A stretch of DNA of 64,000 nucleotides from a virus, in IMG/VR virus record IMGVR_UViG_3300032236_000815, positions 1-64,000 of that record. One strand, written 5' to 3'. Below, piece by piece: positions 42,010 through 52,335 of this stretch (positions are counted from its first letter, which is position 1; each line of letters opens with the position of its first letter). The position numbers were made by a program, and so were the translations under genes. The notes beneath the pieces were generated by a model, which worked only from the letters and a program-made list of their open reading frames with translations, ran no database searches and was not told the DNA's origin.

Positions 42010-43505
42010 TGGCCTATTTCGTACACTCCGTCAAAGCTCTTGTTCCATGAAATACCATTCCACAAATACTGAACTCCTGTGTATATATTCGTTTGCCATA
42101 TCATTGTGTCTGGATACTGGCTAGCATTGAAGATAATATTCCATGCAGAGCCTGACCATTCTATAATATCGTTTGCACGAGCTATTAAGTCTTCACCGCC
42201 TGTAGATTTCCATCCGTCTGCGCCATCTACATTACCAGTATCTCCAATGTCTTCTACTAACAAAAATCTTGTTCCAACAGCTGGAGTTGTCGTAGTTCCG
42301 TGATTTTGAGGATCTAATGGATTGTATGTTTGCGGATTAATGATAGCATCGATTGTGCCAGTACTGTTTGGGCGATAACTACCAGCGGCATTGTAATGAA
42401 TACTATTATCTAGATTTCCTTGACTGTCTATACCTGTGTTTGAAACTAGTGTATCAGGATTCCAGTTAACATGTAATACACTACTATCTACTGGGTCTAT
42501 GGCAATAGTACCGATTACTTGGGATCCGTTCGGTTGTGTCAGATAAATTCTACTTGATCCAGCCATGTATTTTCCAGGATAATTAGAAAATGCTGTTTCC
42601 CAATCAACTACAGAACCGATCTTTGCAGGTGCTGGATCTAAATTTGGTTCTCTTGGATATGTTGTGCCACCAGCACTTAACAAAACTACAGTCCCTTGAT
42701 TAGCAGTTGGGCTAGCATACACTTCTATTTTATAATTAGTAATAGTTGTTACAACCACATCTATGAAATCGCCCATACTTGTAGTTTCAGGCATAGGATC
42801 TTGACCTAGCCCTTCAATATAAGTTCCGCTAGTAACAGATGTACTGTTAAGACTGGTAATAATTTTTGTAATAACACCAAGATGCTTAACCTTAACTGGA
42901 GGATTAATGTAAATCGGTGTTTTTAAAGTTAGTGTTGCAATTTCATTTGGGGTATCATTACCTACCGGTACTTGTCTACTAGACCAATTTATATCATTAA
43001 GTTCTAAAACAGTTAAACTTGTCCAGTCGATATAGTTGTCAGTAGTTTGTAATTCTAAACTTGGATTGAACAATACTAAGATTTGTTCAAGTATTTGTAA
43101 TTTTTGTTCAGTGCTAGAACTCCAGATATCAACTTTAAGGGTCAAATCAAATGGTGTTGGCATTAGACGTTCAATAGTATAATTTTTACCTTCACTAAAA
43201 TCGTAAGAATTTGTATTAAGGTCAATTCCTCTTTCGCGTACATGTACTTTACCAACAAAACTTTGATCGCTTAGTCTGTCTCTACTAAGTGCTAAACTTG
43301 TTACATACACAGCAATACGAGGCACGCTATTAACTTTGTTTTCGCTATTTTGTCTAATAATGCTAGCTACTTGTCTATCAGGATCTCCATACATTACTGG
43401 AATACGATGTAATGTTCCGTCGCCGTATTTTACCACAAAGTTACTAAACACACGCACAACTTGTGTAATATATCTTCTAATTTGTCCATCGTAAAAAAAT
43501 TGCAT
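41991..43505 (-). CDS. gp15: Tail sheath stabiliser / tail completion protein, gp15-like, with C-terminal extension
   Basis: FFYD.QIRRY...F...IPVMYG...PRI...P.PFDL...QILEQIL..FNP. Confidence 0.75.
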   Translation of the reverse strand: MQFFYDGQIRRYITQVVRVFSNFVVKYGDGTLHRIPVMYGDPDRQVASIIRQNSENKVNSVPRIAVYVTSLALSRDRLSDQSFVGKVHVRERGIDLNTNSYDFSEGKNYTIERLMPTPFDLTLKVDIWSSSTEQKLQILEQILVLFNPSLELQTTDNYIDWTSLTVLELNDINWSSRQVPVGNDTPNEIATLTLKTPIYINPPVKVKHLGVITKIITSLNSTSVTSGTYIEGLGQDPMPETTSMGDFIDVVVTTITNYKIEVYASPTANQGTVVLLSAGGTTYPREPNLDPAPAKIGSVVDWETAFSNYPGKYMAGSSRIYLTQPNGSQVIGTIAIDPVDSSVLHVNWNPDTLVSNTGIDSQGNLDNSIHYNAAGSYRPNSTGTIDAIINPQTYNPLDPQNHGTTTTPAVGTRFLLVEDIGDTGNVDGADGWKSTGGEDLIARANDIIEWSGSAWNIIFNASQYPDTMIWQTNIYTGVQYLWNGISWNKSFDGVYEIGQWRIEL

Positions 43506-45082
43506 TAGAAATCCGCCTTAGGTCTAAGTACTTTAGAAATGCTCTGTCTTTGAGCTTCTCTAATATTGTATAATGTTACACTCCATTGACCTGCTAGTGG
43601 TATAACTTGTTGTCCGCCTGCAATATCTACTAAATTGCCTTGTCGTTGTACATCAGATACTGGATTGGCAGCAGGAGTATCAGGTACTGGATTACTTGAC
43701 AATGGAGGTATAGTTCCTGCACCTGTAGTTGAGGTTGGACTGGTAATTATAGGTAAATTAATTTGAATACAATTAGTAGTTATACCAGCCGGACTAACAT
43801 ACGTGTAACTAGTTAATAATCCTGTATGCTCACTAACAACATAATCAAGCATAGTTGTATCTTGTTTTAATACCACATATAATCCAGTAGTATTGAAAGG
43901 AATCTTTGTACGAACGACAGTCGCATTTGCTGTCAACGTAACAACATCACTAGCAACAGCATCGTTATAAGTCCAGTTAGTATTGTTAATGAATCCAGTT
44001 TTTAATGTAGCTCTAGAATCGTTATTAGTCATACTCATGCGTACAGCATCTTCAACAGCAATCCATGCATTAGACGTACCATCAAATCTAAAAAGTCTGT
44101 TAGGTAAAAAATCTGTTCTTAAGAAAAAATCATCTGCTTGCGGACTCATGGGAAATTGTATTCCAAATCCAAAATCGTAACCGTTTGATGGATAACCGTC
44201 GCCTAACAAATAACCAGTGTATCCAGTGCGTTGTGGGACAGCATTAACACTACTTGCATGTAATTTATTAGAAACATTACTGGCTAATAAATCAGTTTCA
44301 TCAGCAGTTTTAAGTAAAGGTTTACCTGTATTTGGATCTGCTGCCAAGGTATAAAACTGACGTGTTTCATAACCACTATAAGGTGCATCAGCTTCTGCTT
44401 GTGCTACTACTTGATCATTAATAGTCAATTCTTGATTATATGTACTCAATAAATCTTTAAGTGTTGTGCCATCTGTCATTGGATCGCCATTCGCATCCAA
44501 TGCAGGTTTATTAAAGATATCGGCAAACTGTTGATTGTCAGTTACCTTCTTAAGTTTTAATCTATACAAGTGTGGAAACCATGTTACACTAAAACCTTCG
44601 CTAGCACGACCCACATCCTCAATTACATAATATCGCGGTAATGCCATGTCAAAGTCGTTAAGTGCAAAGTCGTCGCGTAAATGCGGCAACTCTAATACAT
44701 CGCCGCTTATAGGTTTACGGCCTATATATTTTATAAAATCATTAATATGTACAGTCATGTACAATGTATCGTTATCAATAAACAATCCAAATTGACTTAG
44801 ATTAAAATCAATATTTTGTACATTATACATTCCACGAATACGGTAAATTTCTTGGTCGTATTTTCTATCTCTATTTTCAAGAAATAACAAATCTTGGATA
44901 TTTGTAGGACTTAAGGTTTGATGAGGCTGATCTGCTGTTGCGTTTGCAGAAGCCGTAGTAGCACCTAGATACTTGTGTACATACACATCAGTACCGCCCG
45001 CTTGGAACATCTCGCTGGCTTGACGATCTATGAATTTATAGTCGTTGCCTTTTTCTGGTTTGTATAAGGATAATCGTGGCAT
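43505..45082 (-). CDS. gp14: Neck protein, gp14-like, with long extension
   Basis: GGTDVYVHKY, LSQFGLF, P..GDVLELPH motifs; lies between gp15-like and gp13-like genes. Confidence 0.65.
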   Translation of the reverse strand: MPRLSLYKPEKGNDYKFIDRQASEMFQAGGTDVYVHKYLGATTASANATADQPHQTLSPTNIQDLLFLENRDRKYDQEIYRIRGMYNVQNIDFNLSQFGLFIDNDTLYMTVHINDFIKYIGRKPISGDVLELPHLRDDFALNDFDMALPRYYVIEDVGRASEGFSVTWFPHLYRLKLKKVTDNQQFADIFNKPALDANGDPMTDGTTLKDLLSTYNQELTINDQVVAQAEADAPYSGYETRQFYTLAADPNTGKPLLKTADETDLLASNVSNKLHASSVNAVPQRTGYTGYLLGDGYPSNGYDFGFGIQFPMSPQADDFFLRTDFLPNRLFRFDGTSNAWIAVEDAVRMSMTNNDSRATLKTGFINNTNWTYNDAVASDVVTLTANATVVRTKIPFNTTGLYVVLKQDTTMLDYVVSEHTGLLTSYTYVSPAGITTNCIQINLPIITSPTSTTGAGTIPPLSSNPVPDTPAANPVSDVQRQGNLVDIAGGQQVIPLAGQWSVTLYNIREAQRQSISKVLRPKADF

Positions 45083-45087
45083 AATGA

Positions 45088-45107
45088 TATTTATCGTTAG
45101 CTAAATA
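45088..45107. promoter_or_regulatory. Back-to-back divergent late promoters
   Basis: TATTTA (45088-45093, i.e. TAAATA on the - strand) and TAAATA (45102-45107, + strand) in the 42-bp gap. Confidence 0.7.
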
Positions 45108-45124
45108 TGTAAGGAGAGTAAAAA

Positions 45125-45910
45125 ATGGATGATCTAGCACCTTCAAATCAGTCAAATTCAACAACAGAACGTAACAAAGTCTTTGACTATGTTCGCGATA
45201 TGCTGGGCAACGGCATGGTAGATGTTGAACTAGATCCTAACCACTACGAAACAGCCCTTGATAGAGCACTAAATCGCTACCGTCAAAAGAGCCCAAATGC
45301 TGTTGAAGAAAGTTACTTATTTTTGGAATTAATCCAGGATCAAAATGAATACAGATTGCCAGATGAAGTTATCACAGTCCGTCAAGTTTTTCGTAGAGCT
45401 ATTGGCTCAAGAAGTGGTATGGGTGCGGGCGGTACTTTATTTGAACCGTTTAACTTAGCCTATACTAACACTTATATGATGTCGGGTAGCATGATGGGCG
45501 GGTTGGCAACATACGATGCGTTTGCTGGATATCAAAAATTAGTAGGACGTATGTTCGGTAGTTATATTGAATTTTTATGGAAACCTACTAGCCACTTGCT
45601 AGATATTTTACAACGTCCATTTGCTCAGGGCGAGCAGATTCTTGTACAAAGTTATAACTATCGTCCGGACTGGGTATTGCTACAAGATTACCAAGCTAAA
45701 CAATGGTTACGTGACTACACTCTAGCAGTTTGTAAATCAATGTTGGCACAAGCACGTAGCAAATTTGGCTCTATCGCAGGCCCTGGATCACCTATAACAT
45801 TAAACGGTGACAAATTGGCAGCTGAAGCTAAAGAAGAATTTGAGCGTCTTGATAAAGAAATCGACACTTACGTTGCTGGCGGCACCGGTTATTACTTTAT
45901 AACTGGCTAA
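45125..45910 (+). CDS. gp13: Neck protein, gp13-like
   Basis: LG..MVDVEL, WLRDYTLA..K..L..ARSKF, LNGD.L..EA. Confidence 0.85.
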   Translation: MDDLAPSNQSNSTTERNKVFDYVRDMLGNGMVDVELDPNHYETALDRALNRYRQKSPNAVEESYLFLELIQDQNEYRLPDEVITVRQVFRRAIGSRSGMGAGGTLFEPFNLAYTNTYMMSGSMMGGLATYDAFAGYQKLVGRMFGSYIEFLWKPTSHLLDILQRPFAQGEQILVQSYNYRPDWVLLQDYQAKQWLRDYTLAVCKSMLAQARSKFGSIAGPGSPITLNGDKLAAEAKEEFERLDKEIDTYVAGGTGYYFITG

Positions 45911-45918
45911 GAAAAGTC

Positions 45919-45947
45919 TTGCTCTTGTAATAAAACTGTTATATACT
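45919..45947 (+). promoter_or_regulatory. Sigma70-like early/middle promoter
   Basis: TTGCTC-17 nt-TATACT; near-identical upstream motif at 60308-60337. Confidence 0.65.
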
Positions 45948-45968
45948 AGCGTTACTTACGGAGGCGCT

Positions 45969-46673
45969 ATGATTATAGGTGTGTGCGGTTTTATTGGTTC
46001 TGGCAAAGATACTATTGCCGATTACTTAACTAACTTTCACGGATTTCGACGAGAATCTTTTGCTAACAGTTTGAAAGATGCTGTAGCGCAAGTGTTTGGT
46101 TGGGACAGAGTTATGTTAGAAGGGCGTACAAAAGAAGCTCGAGAATGGCGTGAACAGGTAGATCCGTGGTGGTCAGAGCGTTTAGATATGCCTAATTTAA
46201 CTCCTAGATGGATCTTACAGTACTGGGGCACAGAAGTATGTCGTAAGGCATTCCATGATGATATATGGATTGCTAGTTTAGAAAATAAACTCCGTAATAG
46301 TAAAGACGATATTGTTATTAGCGATTGCCGTTTTCCTAACGAAATTAAATCAATCAAATCTGCCGGTGGCATGGTAATTCGTGTAGTACGTGGCCCTGAA
46401 CCCGCATGGTACAAAGACGCCGCTGATATGAATGCCGGCGATCGCTGTTTAAATTACGCATTGGCTAAAAGCCGTATGTCTGCTCTAGGAATTCATGCTA
46501 GTGAAACAGCATGGGTTGGAACTAAGTTTGATGCTATCATGGATAATAATAGCACTATTGACGATTTATACAAACAAGTGCAAGCACTTATAAGTCTGGA
46601 ACAAGATCCCCTTGACGCCATGTCACGCCATCTTTGTGAAGAATCCGCTGACAGTTTGAACACACAGTCTTAA
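45969..46673 (+). CDS. gp1: Deoxynucleoside monophosphate kinase, T4 gp1-like
   Basis: GFIGSGKDT P-loop, FA..LKD, TPR.ILQ..GTE..R, ISDCRFPNE, HASE. Confidence 0.9.
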   Translation: MIIGVCGFIGSGKDTIADYLTNFHGFRRESFANSLKDAVAQVFGWDRVMLEGRTKEAREWREQVDPWWSERLDMPNLTPRWILQYWGTEVCRKAFHDDIWIASLENKLRNSKDDIVISDCRFPNEIKSIKSAGGMVIRVVRGPEPAWYKDAADMNAGDRCLNYALAKSRMSALGIHASETAWVGTKFDAIMDNNSTIDDLYKQVQALISLEQDPLDAMSRHLCEESADSLNTQS

Positions 46674-46914
46674 GATTAGTATGGCGGCAGTTATTTAAAT
46701 TGCCGTCCATATGAAACACATTAAACACTTCTTTATGCGGGCTTCTAAACCCGCATTTATCGCATGTGTTTTTCATTTTATAACCTGCACTAGCCCATCG
46801 CGGCTCTTTTACACCGCGAATACATAGCCCACACTGACTTCTATAGTAAGGTTTTCCTTCTTTATAGTAATTTACAGCAACGGGCCCACGTCCGCATAAA
46901 CACAAAGGTCTCAT
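46588..46914 (-). CDS. Zn-binding HNH-like protein
   Basis: CxC...CxxC...CxxC...FHMDGNLNN...NLKTVCSNC; TAAATA 4 nt upstream of the start on the - strand. Confidence 0.7.
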   Translation of the reverse strand: MRPLCLCGRGPVAVNYYKEGKPYYRSQCGLCIRGVKEPRWASAGYKMKNTCDKCGFRSPHKEVFNVFHMDGNLNNCRHTNLKTVCSNCQRILHKDGVTWRQGDLVPDL

Positions 46915-46980
46915 ATTTTATTTAAGCCTTTTTAGAGCCTTTTCGGATGCTTATATAAGCGTTGTTTTTCCAAAATACCA

Positions 46981-46986
46981 TAAATA
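46981..46986 (+). promoter_or_regulatory. Late promoter core TAAATA for sheath and tube genes
   Basis: ATAAATA upstream of GGAG RBS and ATG 47019. Confidence 0.65.
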
Positions 46987-47018
46987 CATTAAGAACATGT
47001 ACTCATGGAGATAACACA

Positions 47019-50000
47019 ATGGCTCAATTAAGTTCACCAGGAATTAGCGTAACAGTCGTAGACGAATCGTTCTACACACCGGCAGCTCCTGGAACCGTAC
47101 CCCTTATTATAGTTGCTTCTCAAGAAAATAAGAGCAACAGTGCTGGAACAGGAACAGCACCAGGAACACTAAAAGCAAACGCTGGTAAAGTATATCTACT
47201 AACTAGCCAAGCAGATTTAGGCGCAACATTTGGAGTTCCATACTTCCAAACTGATGCAGAAAATAACCCAGTACACGCTGGCGAATTAAACGAATATGGT
47301 CTAGAGGCGGCTTACAGCTTCTTAGGAGTAAGCAATCGTGCATACGTTGTACGTGCTGACTTAGATACTAAGCAACTTATTGCTAGAACAAGTGCTCCAA
47401 CAAGTCCTCCAGCAGATGGTACTTTCTGGTTTGATACAGCAGATACACATTTTGGTGTATTTGAATGGAATAGTGCATCAGCAACTACAACAGGCGGTCA
47501 AATTTTTACTGACCAAGGAACAGCTGGTAGCCTAAACGTTATTACAAATATTGCGTATGTCAATAACAGTACATACGCTCCGTTACCAAGTTACGGAAAA
47601 ATTGGCGACTATGCAGTTGTTTCAGTAACTAACTGGAACAAGTTATGGTTCAAGAAATATCAAACTAATACATCTGCAGGTACATGGGTTGAAGTAGGTA
47701 CTTCAAACTGGGCCGCAAGTTGGCCAACAATCACAGCCGCTGCCGCTCCAAGTAGCATTAGCACTGGCGACACATTGATTATTAATGGTACAACAGTTAC
47801 TGGTGTAAACACAGTTAGCGCATTAGCAACTGCTATTACTACAGCATTGTCAAGCAGTGGTATTACTGCCGCAGTTATTAACGGTTACTTACAGATTTAT
47901 TCAAACGGTACTGCTAGCTACAATTCACACGTAGCAGGTAGCTTAACTGTTTCTGGTACTTTAACAGGAACTGTAAATGCTCCAGGTGTACTAGGTCTTG
48001 TATCTGGTTCATATCTATGCCCAGCACTAACAGTTAGTCCACACTATCAAGTTCCGTTGTACGGCTACTACGACCAAAGTGGTTACATCGGTGGCAACCC
48101 AACTGGTTCAATTTGGGTTAAGACTACAAGTATTAACTTGGGTGCAAACTGGTTTATTAAGAAATACAATGCGGCTTCTAGCACATGGATTTTACAATCA
48201 GCTCAGTTATTTGCAAACAACCAATCAGCATTAGCTGTATTAGACCCAACAGGCGGCGGACAAAACTTGCCAGTTGGTGCAGTTTATGTAAAATACAATG
48301 ATGCAGAAAGTGCAACTCCATTGGCTAACTTTAAGATTTATGGACGTACTGGAACTGGTGCTACTAATATTGTATCTAATATTATTGGTGCAAGCACCTT
48401 TGGTACTGCTACTAACACATTTACAATTAGCCAAAGCGTTCCAGGGTCAAGTACATTAACTAGTCCAATAACTGTAACATTTAATACAACTGGCGTAGCT
48501 TTAAGCGATGCTCAAGCACTATTAACTGCGTTCACATCTGTAGTAACTGACCCAAATGTTACTGCTAGTCTAAACACAGTATCAAATACAATCACAATCA
48601 CACACGTGGGCGGTGGAGATATTCGTTTAGTAGACGGTACAAATACTCCGTTGAGCAAGATTTTCTCAACAAGTACAACAGCTAACTACTACTTAGATCC
48701 AACTGGTGTATCTAATCACTACATTGCTACTCAGTGGGCCGCAACAGTTAATGGTTCAGGCTTTGCAGTTGCTAGCTTAACACCTCCAACTAATACTCCA
48801 ACAGATGGTACATTATGGTATGACAACAATTTAGAAGATGTTGATATCATGGTACACAACGGCACACACTGGGTTGGTTATTTAAACTATACTCAGAACC
48901 AAGCAGGTGGCACAACAACAGATCCAATGGGTCCAATTACTAGTGCTACACAACCAACAACACAAAGCGATGGTACTCCATTAGCTAACGGTGACTTATG
49001 GATCGACACTAGCGATATTGAAAACTATCCAATCATCCACAAGTACAACTACTTGACTAAGAAGTGGGTTGTAATTGATAACACTGACCAAGTAACAGGT
49101 AACGGTGTTTTATTTGCGGATGCTCGCTGGTCTAATAACAGTACAAGCAATCAGATTCAAACTGGTGCAGGTACTCCTGATTCTATCGTGTCATTGCTTT
49201 CAAGCGATTACTTAGACTTTGATGCTCCAGATCCTGCACTATATCCAAAAGGTATGTTGCTATGGAACTTACGCCGTTCAGGATTTAACGTTAAGCGTTA
49301 TGTAGTTAACCATGTTGATACAACAGCATTTAACGTTCGCAAGAGCAACGAAATTCAAACTAACTACTATCCAGATCGTTGGGTAACAGATGCTCCTAAC
49401 GATGTTATGGGTGTTGGACAATTTGGACGTAAAGCTCAACGTGCTGTAGTATTAAAAGCACTAAACGCATTGATCCAAGGTAATCAAAATATTCGTCAAC
49501 CTGACACAGTTATCTATAACTTGTTAAGTTGCCCAGGATACTTAGAAACAGTTAGCGAACTAATTGGTCTAAACACTGACAACGGACAAACAGCGTTTAT
49601 CGTTGCAGACAGTCCAGCTCGTTTAACACCAGATGCTACAACATTAAGCAACTGGGGTAATAACACAATGGGCGCGGCAGTTGACGGTCAAGACGGTTTA
49701 ATTGCTACAGATCCATACACAGCAGTTTACTATCCATGGGGTTATACAACAGACTTGTTAGGTAATAACATTGTTGTTCCTCCAAGTCACATTATGTTAC
49801 GTACAATCGCTCTAAGCGATAACGTTTCTTATCCATGGTTTGCACCAGCTGGTGTACGTCGTGGCGGTGTAACAAATGCAAGTAGCGTAGGTTATGTAGA
49901 CGGACAAACTGGCGAGTTCCGAACAGTTGCATTGAACGTTGGACAACGTGACACTTTAGCCGCAATCCATGTAAACCCAATTACATACATTGCAGGTACA

Positions 50001-50375
50001 GGTTTAGTATGCTACGGACAGAAGACACGTCAGTTAATTGCTAGCTCATTGGATCGTATCAACGTTGCACGTCTAGTAATTTACTTACGTTATCAATTGA
50101 ATCAATTGGCTAAACCATTTGTGTTTGAACCAAACGATACAATTACACGTAACGAAATGAAACAACAAGTTGAAAAACTATTGTTAGAATTGACGGCAGA
50201 ACGTGCATTGTATGACTACCTTGTAGTTTGTGATACAAGCAACAATACACCAAGCAGAATCGACAGAAATGAACTTTATGTTGACATTGCTATTGAACCA
50301 GTTAAAGCAGTTGAATTCATTTACATTCCACTACGCTTAGAAAATACTGGCGCAATCAAAGGCCTTGGAAAATAA
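47019..50375 (+). CDS. gp18: Tail sheath protein, gp18-like (1118 aa; start moved to ATG 47019)
   Basis: LSSPGISVTVVDES.Y N-terminus; PWFAPAG..RG, NPI, GQKT, LDRINVARL, FEPND..TR, VCD.SNNTP..ID.NEL.VDI.I.P.KA.EFIYI. Confidence 0.95.
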   Translation: MAQLSSPGISVTVVDESFYTPAAPGTVPLIIVASQENKSNSAGTGTAPGTLKANAGKVYLLTSQADLGATFGVPYFQTDAENNPVHAGELNEYGLEAAYSFLGVSNRAYVVRADLDTKQLIARTSAPTSPPADGTFWFDTADTHFGVFEWNSASATTTGGQIFTDQGTAGSLNVITNIAYVNNSTYAPLPSYGKIGDYAVVSVTNWNKLWFKKYQTNTSAGTWVEVGTSNWAASWPTITAAAAPSSISTGDTLIINGTTVTGVNTVSALATAITTALSSSGITAAVINGYLQIYSNGTASYNSHVAGSLTVSGTLTGTVNAPGVLGLVSGSYLCPALTVSPHYQVPLYGYYDQSGYIGGNPTGSIWVKTTSINLGANWFIKKYNAASSTWILQSAQLFANNQSALAVLDPTGGGQNLPVGAVYVKYNDAESATPLANFKIYGRTGTGATNIVSNIIGASTFGTATNTFTISQSVPGSSTLTSPITVTFNTTGVALSDAQALLTAFTSVVTDPNVTASLNTVSNTITITHVGGGDIRLVDGTNTPLSKIFSTSTTANYYLDPTGVSNHYIATQWAATVNGSGFAVASLTPPTNTPTDGTLWYDNNLEDVDIMVHNGTHWVGYLNYTQNQAGGTTTDPMGPITSATQPTTQSDGTPLANGDLWIDTSDIENYPIIHKYNYLTKKWVVIDNTDQVTGNGVLFADARWSNNSTSNQIQTGAGTPDSIVSLLSSDYLDFDAPDPALYPKGMLLWNLRRSGFNVKRYVVNHVDTTAFNVRKSNEIQTNYYPDRWVTDAPNDVMGVGQFGRKAQRAVVLKALNALIQGNQNIRQPDTVIYNLLSCPGYLETVSELIGLNTDNGQTAFIVADSPARLTPDATTLSNWGNNTMGAAVDGQDGLIATDPYTAVYYPWGYTTDLLGNNIVVPPSHIMLRTIALSDNVSYPWFAPAGVRRGGVTNASSVGYVDGQTGEFRTVALNVGQRDTLAAIHVNPITYIAGTGLVCYGQKTRQLIASSLDRINVARLVIYLRYQLNQLAKPFVFEPNDTITRNEMKQQVEKLLLELTAERALYDYLVVCDTSNNTPSRIDRNELYVDIAIEPVKAVEFIYIPLRLENTGAIKGLGK

Positions 50376-50388
50376 TTAGGAGAATACA

Positions 50389-51012
50389 ATGGCAATCGCA
50401 GCCTTATCAAACTTTACAGTACCTCTAGCATCAGACCAAAGTGCAAGTTCACAAGGTCTTTTGATGCCAAAACTAAAGTACAGATTCCGTCTGAACTTTG
50501 AAAATTTTGGTGTAAGTACTCCAACAACAGAACTAACTAAACAAGTTTCAGATTGTGCTCGTCCAAACGTTAAGTTTGCTGACCAAGTTATTGAAATTTA
50601 TAACAGTAAAATTCACTATGCTGGTAAACCAGCTTGGGAAGCAATCGCTGTTAAACTACGTGACGATGTCACCGGTCAAGTTAGCAAGCTAGTTGGTGAA
50701 CAAAACCAGAAACAATTCGACTTCTTTGAACAAAGTAGTGCGGCTAGTGCAGGTGACTATAAGTTTACACTACGCATTGAAATGTTAGACGGTGGAAATG
50801 GATCTAATGCTCCTAATGTTCTAGAAACATGGGAATGTTATGGTTGCTACTTAGAGTCAACAAACTGGCAGACATTGGACTACAAAGAACAAGGTCCTGC
50901 TATGATTGACCTAAGCATTCGTTTTGACAACGCTGTTCAAACAACTGGTGGCGCAATTGGTTCACCAACAAGTGTACAGACAAAACGTGGTACAAGTACT
51001 TTAGGTTCATAA
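50389..51012 (+). CDS. gp19: Tail tube protein, gp19-like
   Basis: Follows the sheath gene; YRFR.F, RP, YAGK..W..I...RDD, W...GC, IRFD. Confidence 0.85.
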   Translation: MAIAALSNFTVPLASDQSASSQGLLMPKLKYRFRLNFENFGVSTPTTELTKQVSDCARPNVKFADQVIEIYNSKIHYAGKPAWEAIAVKLRDDVTGQVSKLVGEQNQKQFDFFEQSSAASAGDYKFTLRIEMLDGGNGSNAPNVLETWECYGCYLESTNWQTLDYKEQGPAMIDLSIRFDNAVQTTGGAIGSPTSVQTKRGTSTLGS

Positions 51013-51018
51013 TAAAAC

Positions 51019-51041
51019 AGCCTACGAAAGTAGGCTTTTTA
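51019..51041 (+). terminator. Rho-independent terminator
   Basis: AGCCTAC-GAAA-GTAGGCT followed by TTTT. Confidence 0.9.
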
Positions 51042-51088
51042 TTGACTATTCATTAACTACGTATATTATTTTCTAAATAAATAATAGC

Positions 51089-52333
51089 ATGGCCTTCACA
51101 AAAACTTCTAATTTACACTCCGATCAGTCAGTAATTCTAGCTGACTATGCACACGCGGCACGAGTATTTGGTGATCAAGGATTTAGACTTGCACCTAAAT
51201 TTGATTTTTTATTCCACTGTAGTTTTAAAATTAATACTGCCGCACTAAAAAATGCAAATATTGTACAACGATACGGACAAGAAATTAACCTGATGGTGAA
51301 GAGTATTGATTTACCTAATTTTACAATACAAACAGAAACACTAAATCAGTATAATAGAAAAAAGAACATACAGTATCAACATAGTTTCGGAGAAGTTACA
51401 GTTAAATTCCATGACGATAATATGGGATTAATTAATCAACTCTGGCAAAACTATTATAGCTATTACTACGCCGATAGTACCAGTGCTCAGAATTTAGGAG
51501 CATACACTAGGAATGCCACGCAGAATAGTGACCATATTCCTACACCTTACGGATTAGATAATAAAAGCACTAATCCTTTCTTTAGTCAAATTAAGGTATA
51601 TCAAATGGCAAGACACGAATATGTCTGCTACACTTTAATTAATCCTATTATAACTAGCTTTGATCATGCAAGAGTAGATTACAGTTCTAATAAGACTCGA
51701 GAATTTTCAATGAAGTTTAAATTTGAAGCAGTGACTTATAGTGTAGGAGCAGTCGGCGCTGGAGACCCAGAAGGGTTTGAATTATCTCACTATGATACTG
51801 CACCTAGTCCTTTACAAGGTGTTAATCCAGATCCTACAGTAATCGATCCAAGTTTTGTGCAGGCCCTCGATACTGCGGCACTTGCTCCAGGTATACTTAA
51901 CAATGCAATAAGTCAGATCAATGCTAACCAGAACGCACAAGCAAATGGTGCCGCATCAAACGGCGGTAGTAGTGGAATAAATGTTGGATCCATACTAGGT
52001 GGATTAGCCGCAGGTGCCGCGGCAATTGGTATCGGTGGTCGACTTATTAGTAGCATTGGGAATCTTGCTAGCGGAATTGGCCTGCCTGATATATCATTCC
52101 CAGGCTTAGGAGGAAGTAGTACTGCTACTACCGAAGCAACTCCTAGTGCAGTTAATACAGATACTGCTGCCGCACAAGCTGACGCAGGTGGACAGGGTGC
52201 CGCACCTAACGATCAAACAACTACAACTGATCCTAACGCAGACACCGGCGGTGGTGGTGGTGATGGAACAAGTCAAGATCCAGCAGCCGACTACGGCGGA
52301 TCAAGTAGCATGGACGAACAATCAGGAACATAA
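51089..52333 (+). CDS. Tail-tube-fold baseplate protein (gp54/gp19-like) with low-complexity C-terminal tail
   Basis: VKSIDLP.F.I.T...NQYNRK, V.VKFHDD, L.NP.I.SF.H, F.FEAV.Y; tandem TAAATA just upstream. Confidence 0.6.
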   Translation: MAFTKTSNLHSDQSVILADYAHAARVFGDQGFRLAPKFDFLFHCSFKINTAALKNANIVQRYGQEINLMVKSIDLPNFTIQTETLNQYNRKKNIQYQHSFGEVTVKFHDDNMGLINQLWQNYYSYYYADSTSAQNLGAYTRNATQNSDHIPTPYGLDNKSTNPFFSQIKVYQMARHEYVCYTLINPIITSFDHARVDYSSNKTREFSMKFKFEAVTYSVGAVGAGDPEGFELSHYDTAPSPLQGVNPDPTVIDPSFVQALDTAALAPGILNNAISQINANQNAQANGAASNGGSSGINVGSILGGLAAGAAAIGIGGRLISSIGNLASGIGLPDISFPGLGGSSTATTEATPSAVNTDTAAAQADAGGQGAAPNDQTTTTDPNADTGGGGGDGTSQDPAADYGGSSSMDEQSGT

Positions 52334-52335
52334 TT

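Noticed and set aside
40866-47018. ORF-track starts at 40866 and 46962 (and likewise 36422)
   Set aside because: Downstream ATGs (40929, 47019, 36455) have clear RBS motifs and give the expected N-termini.
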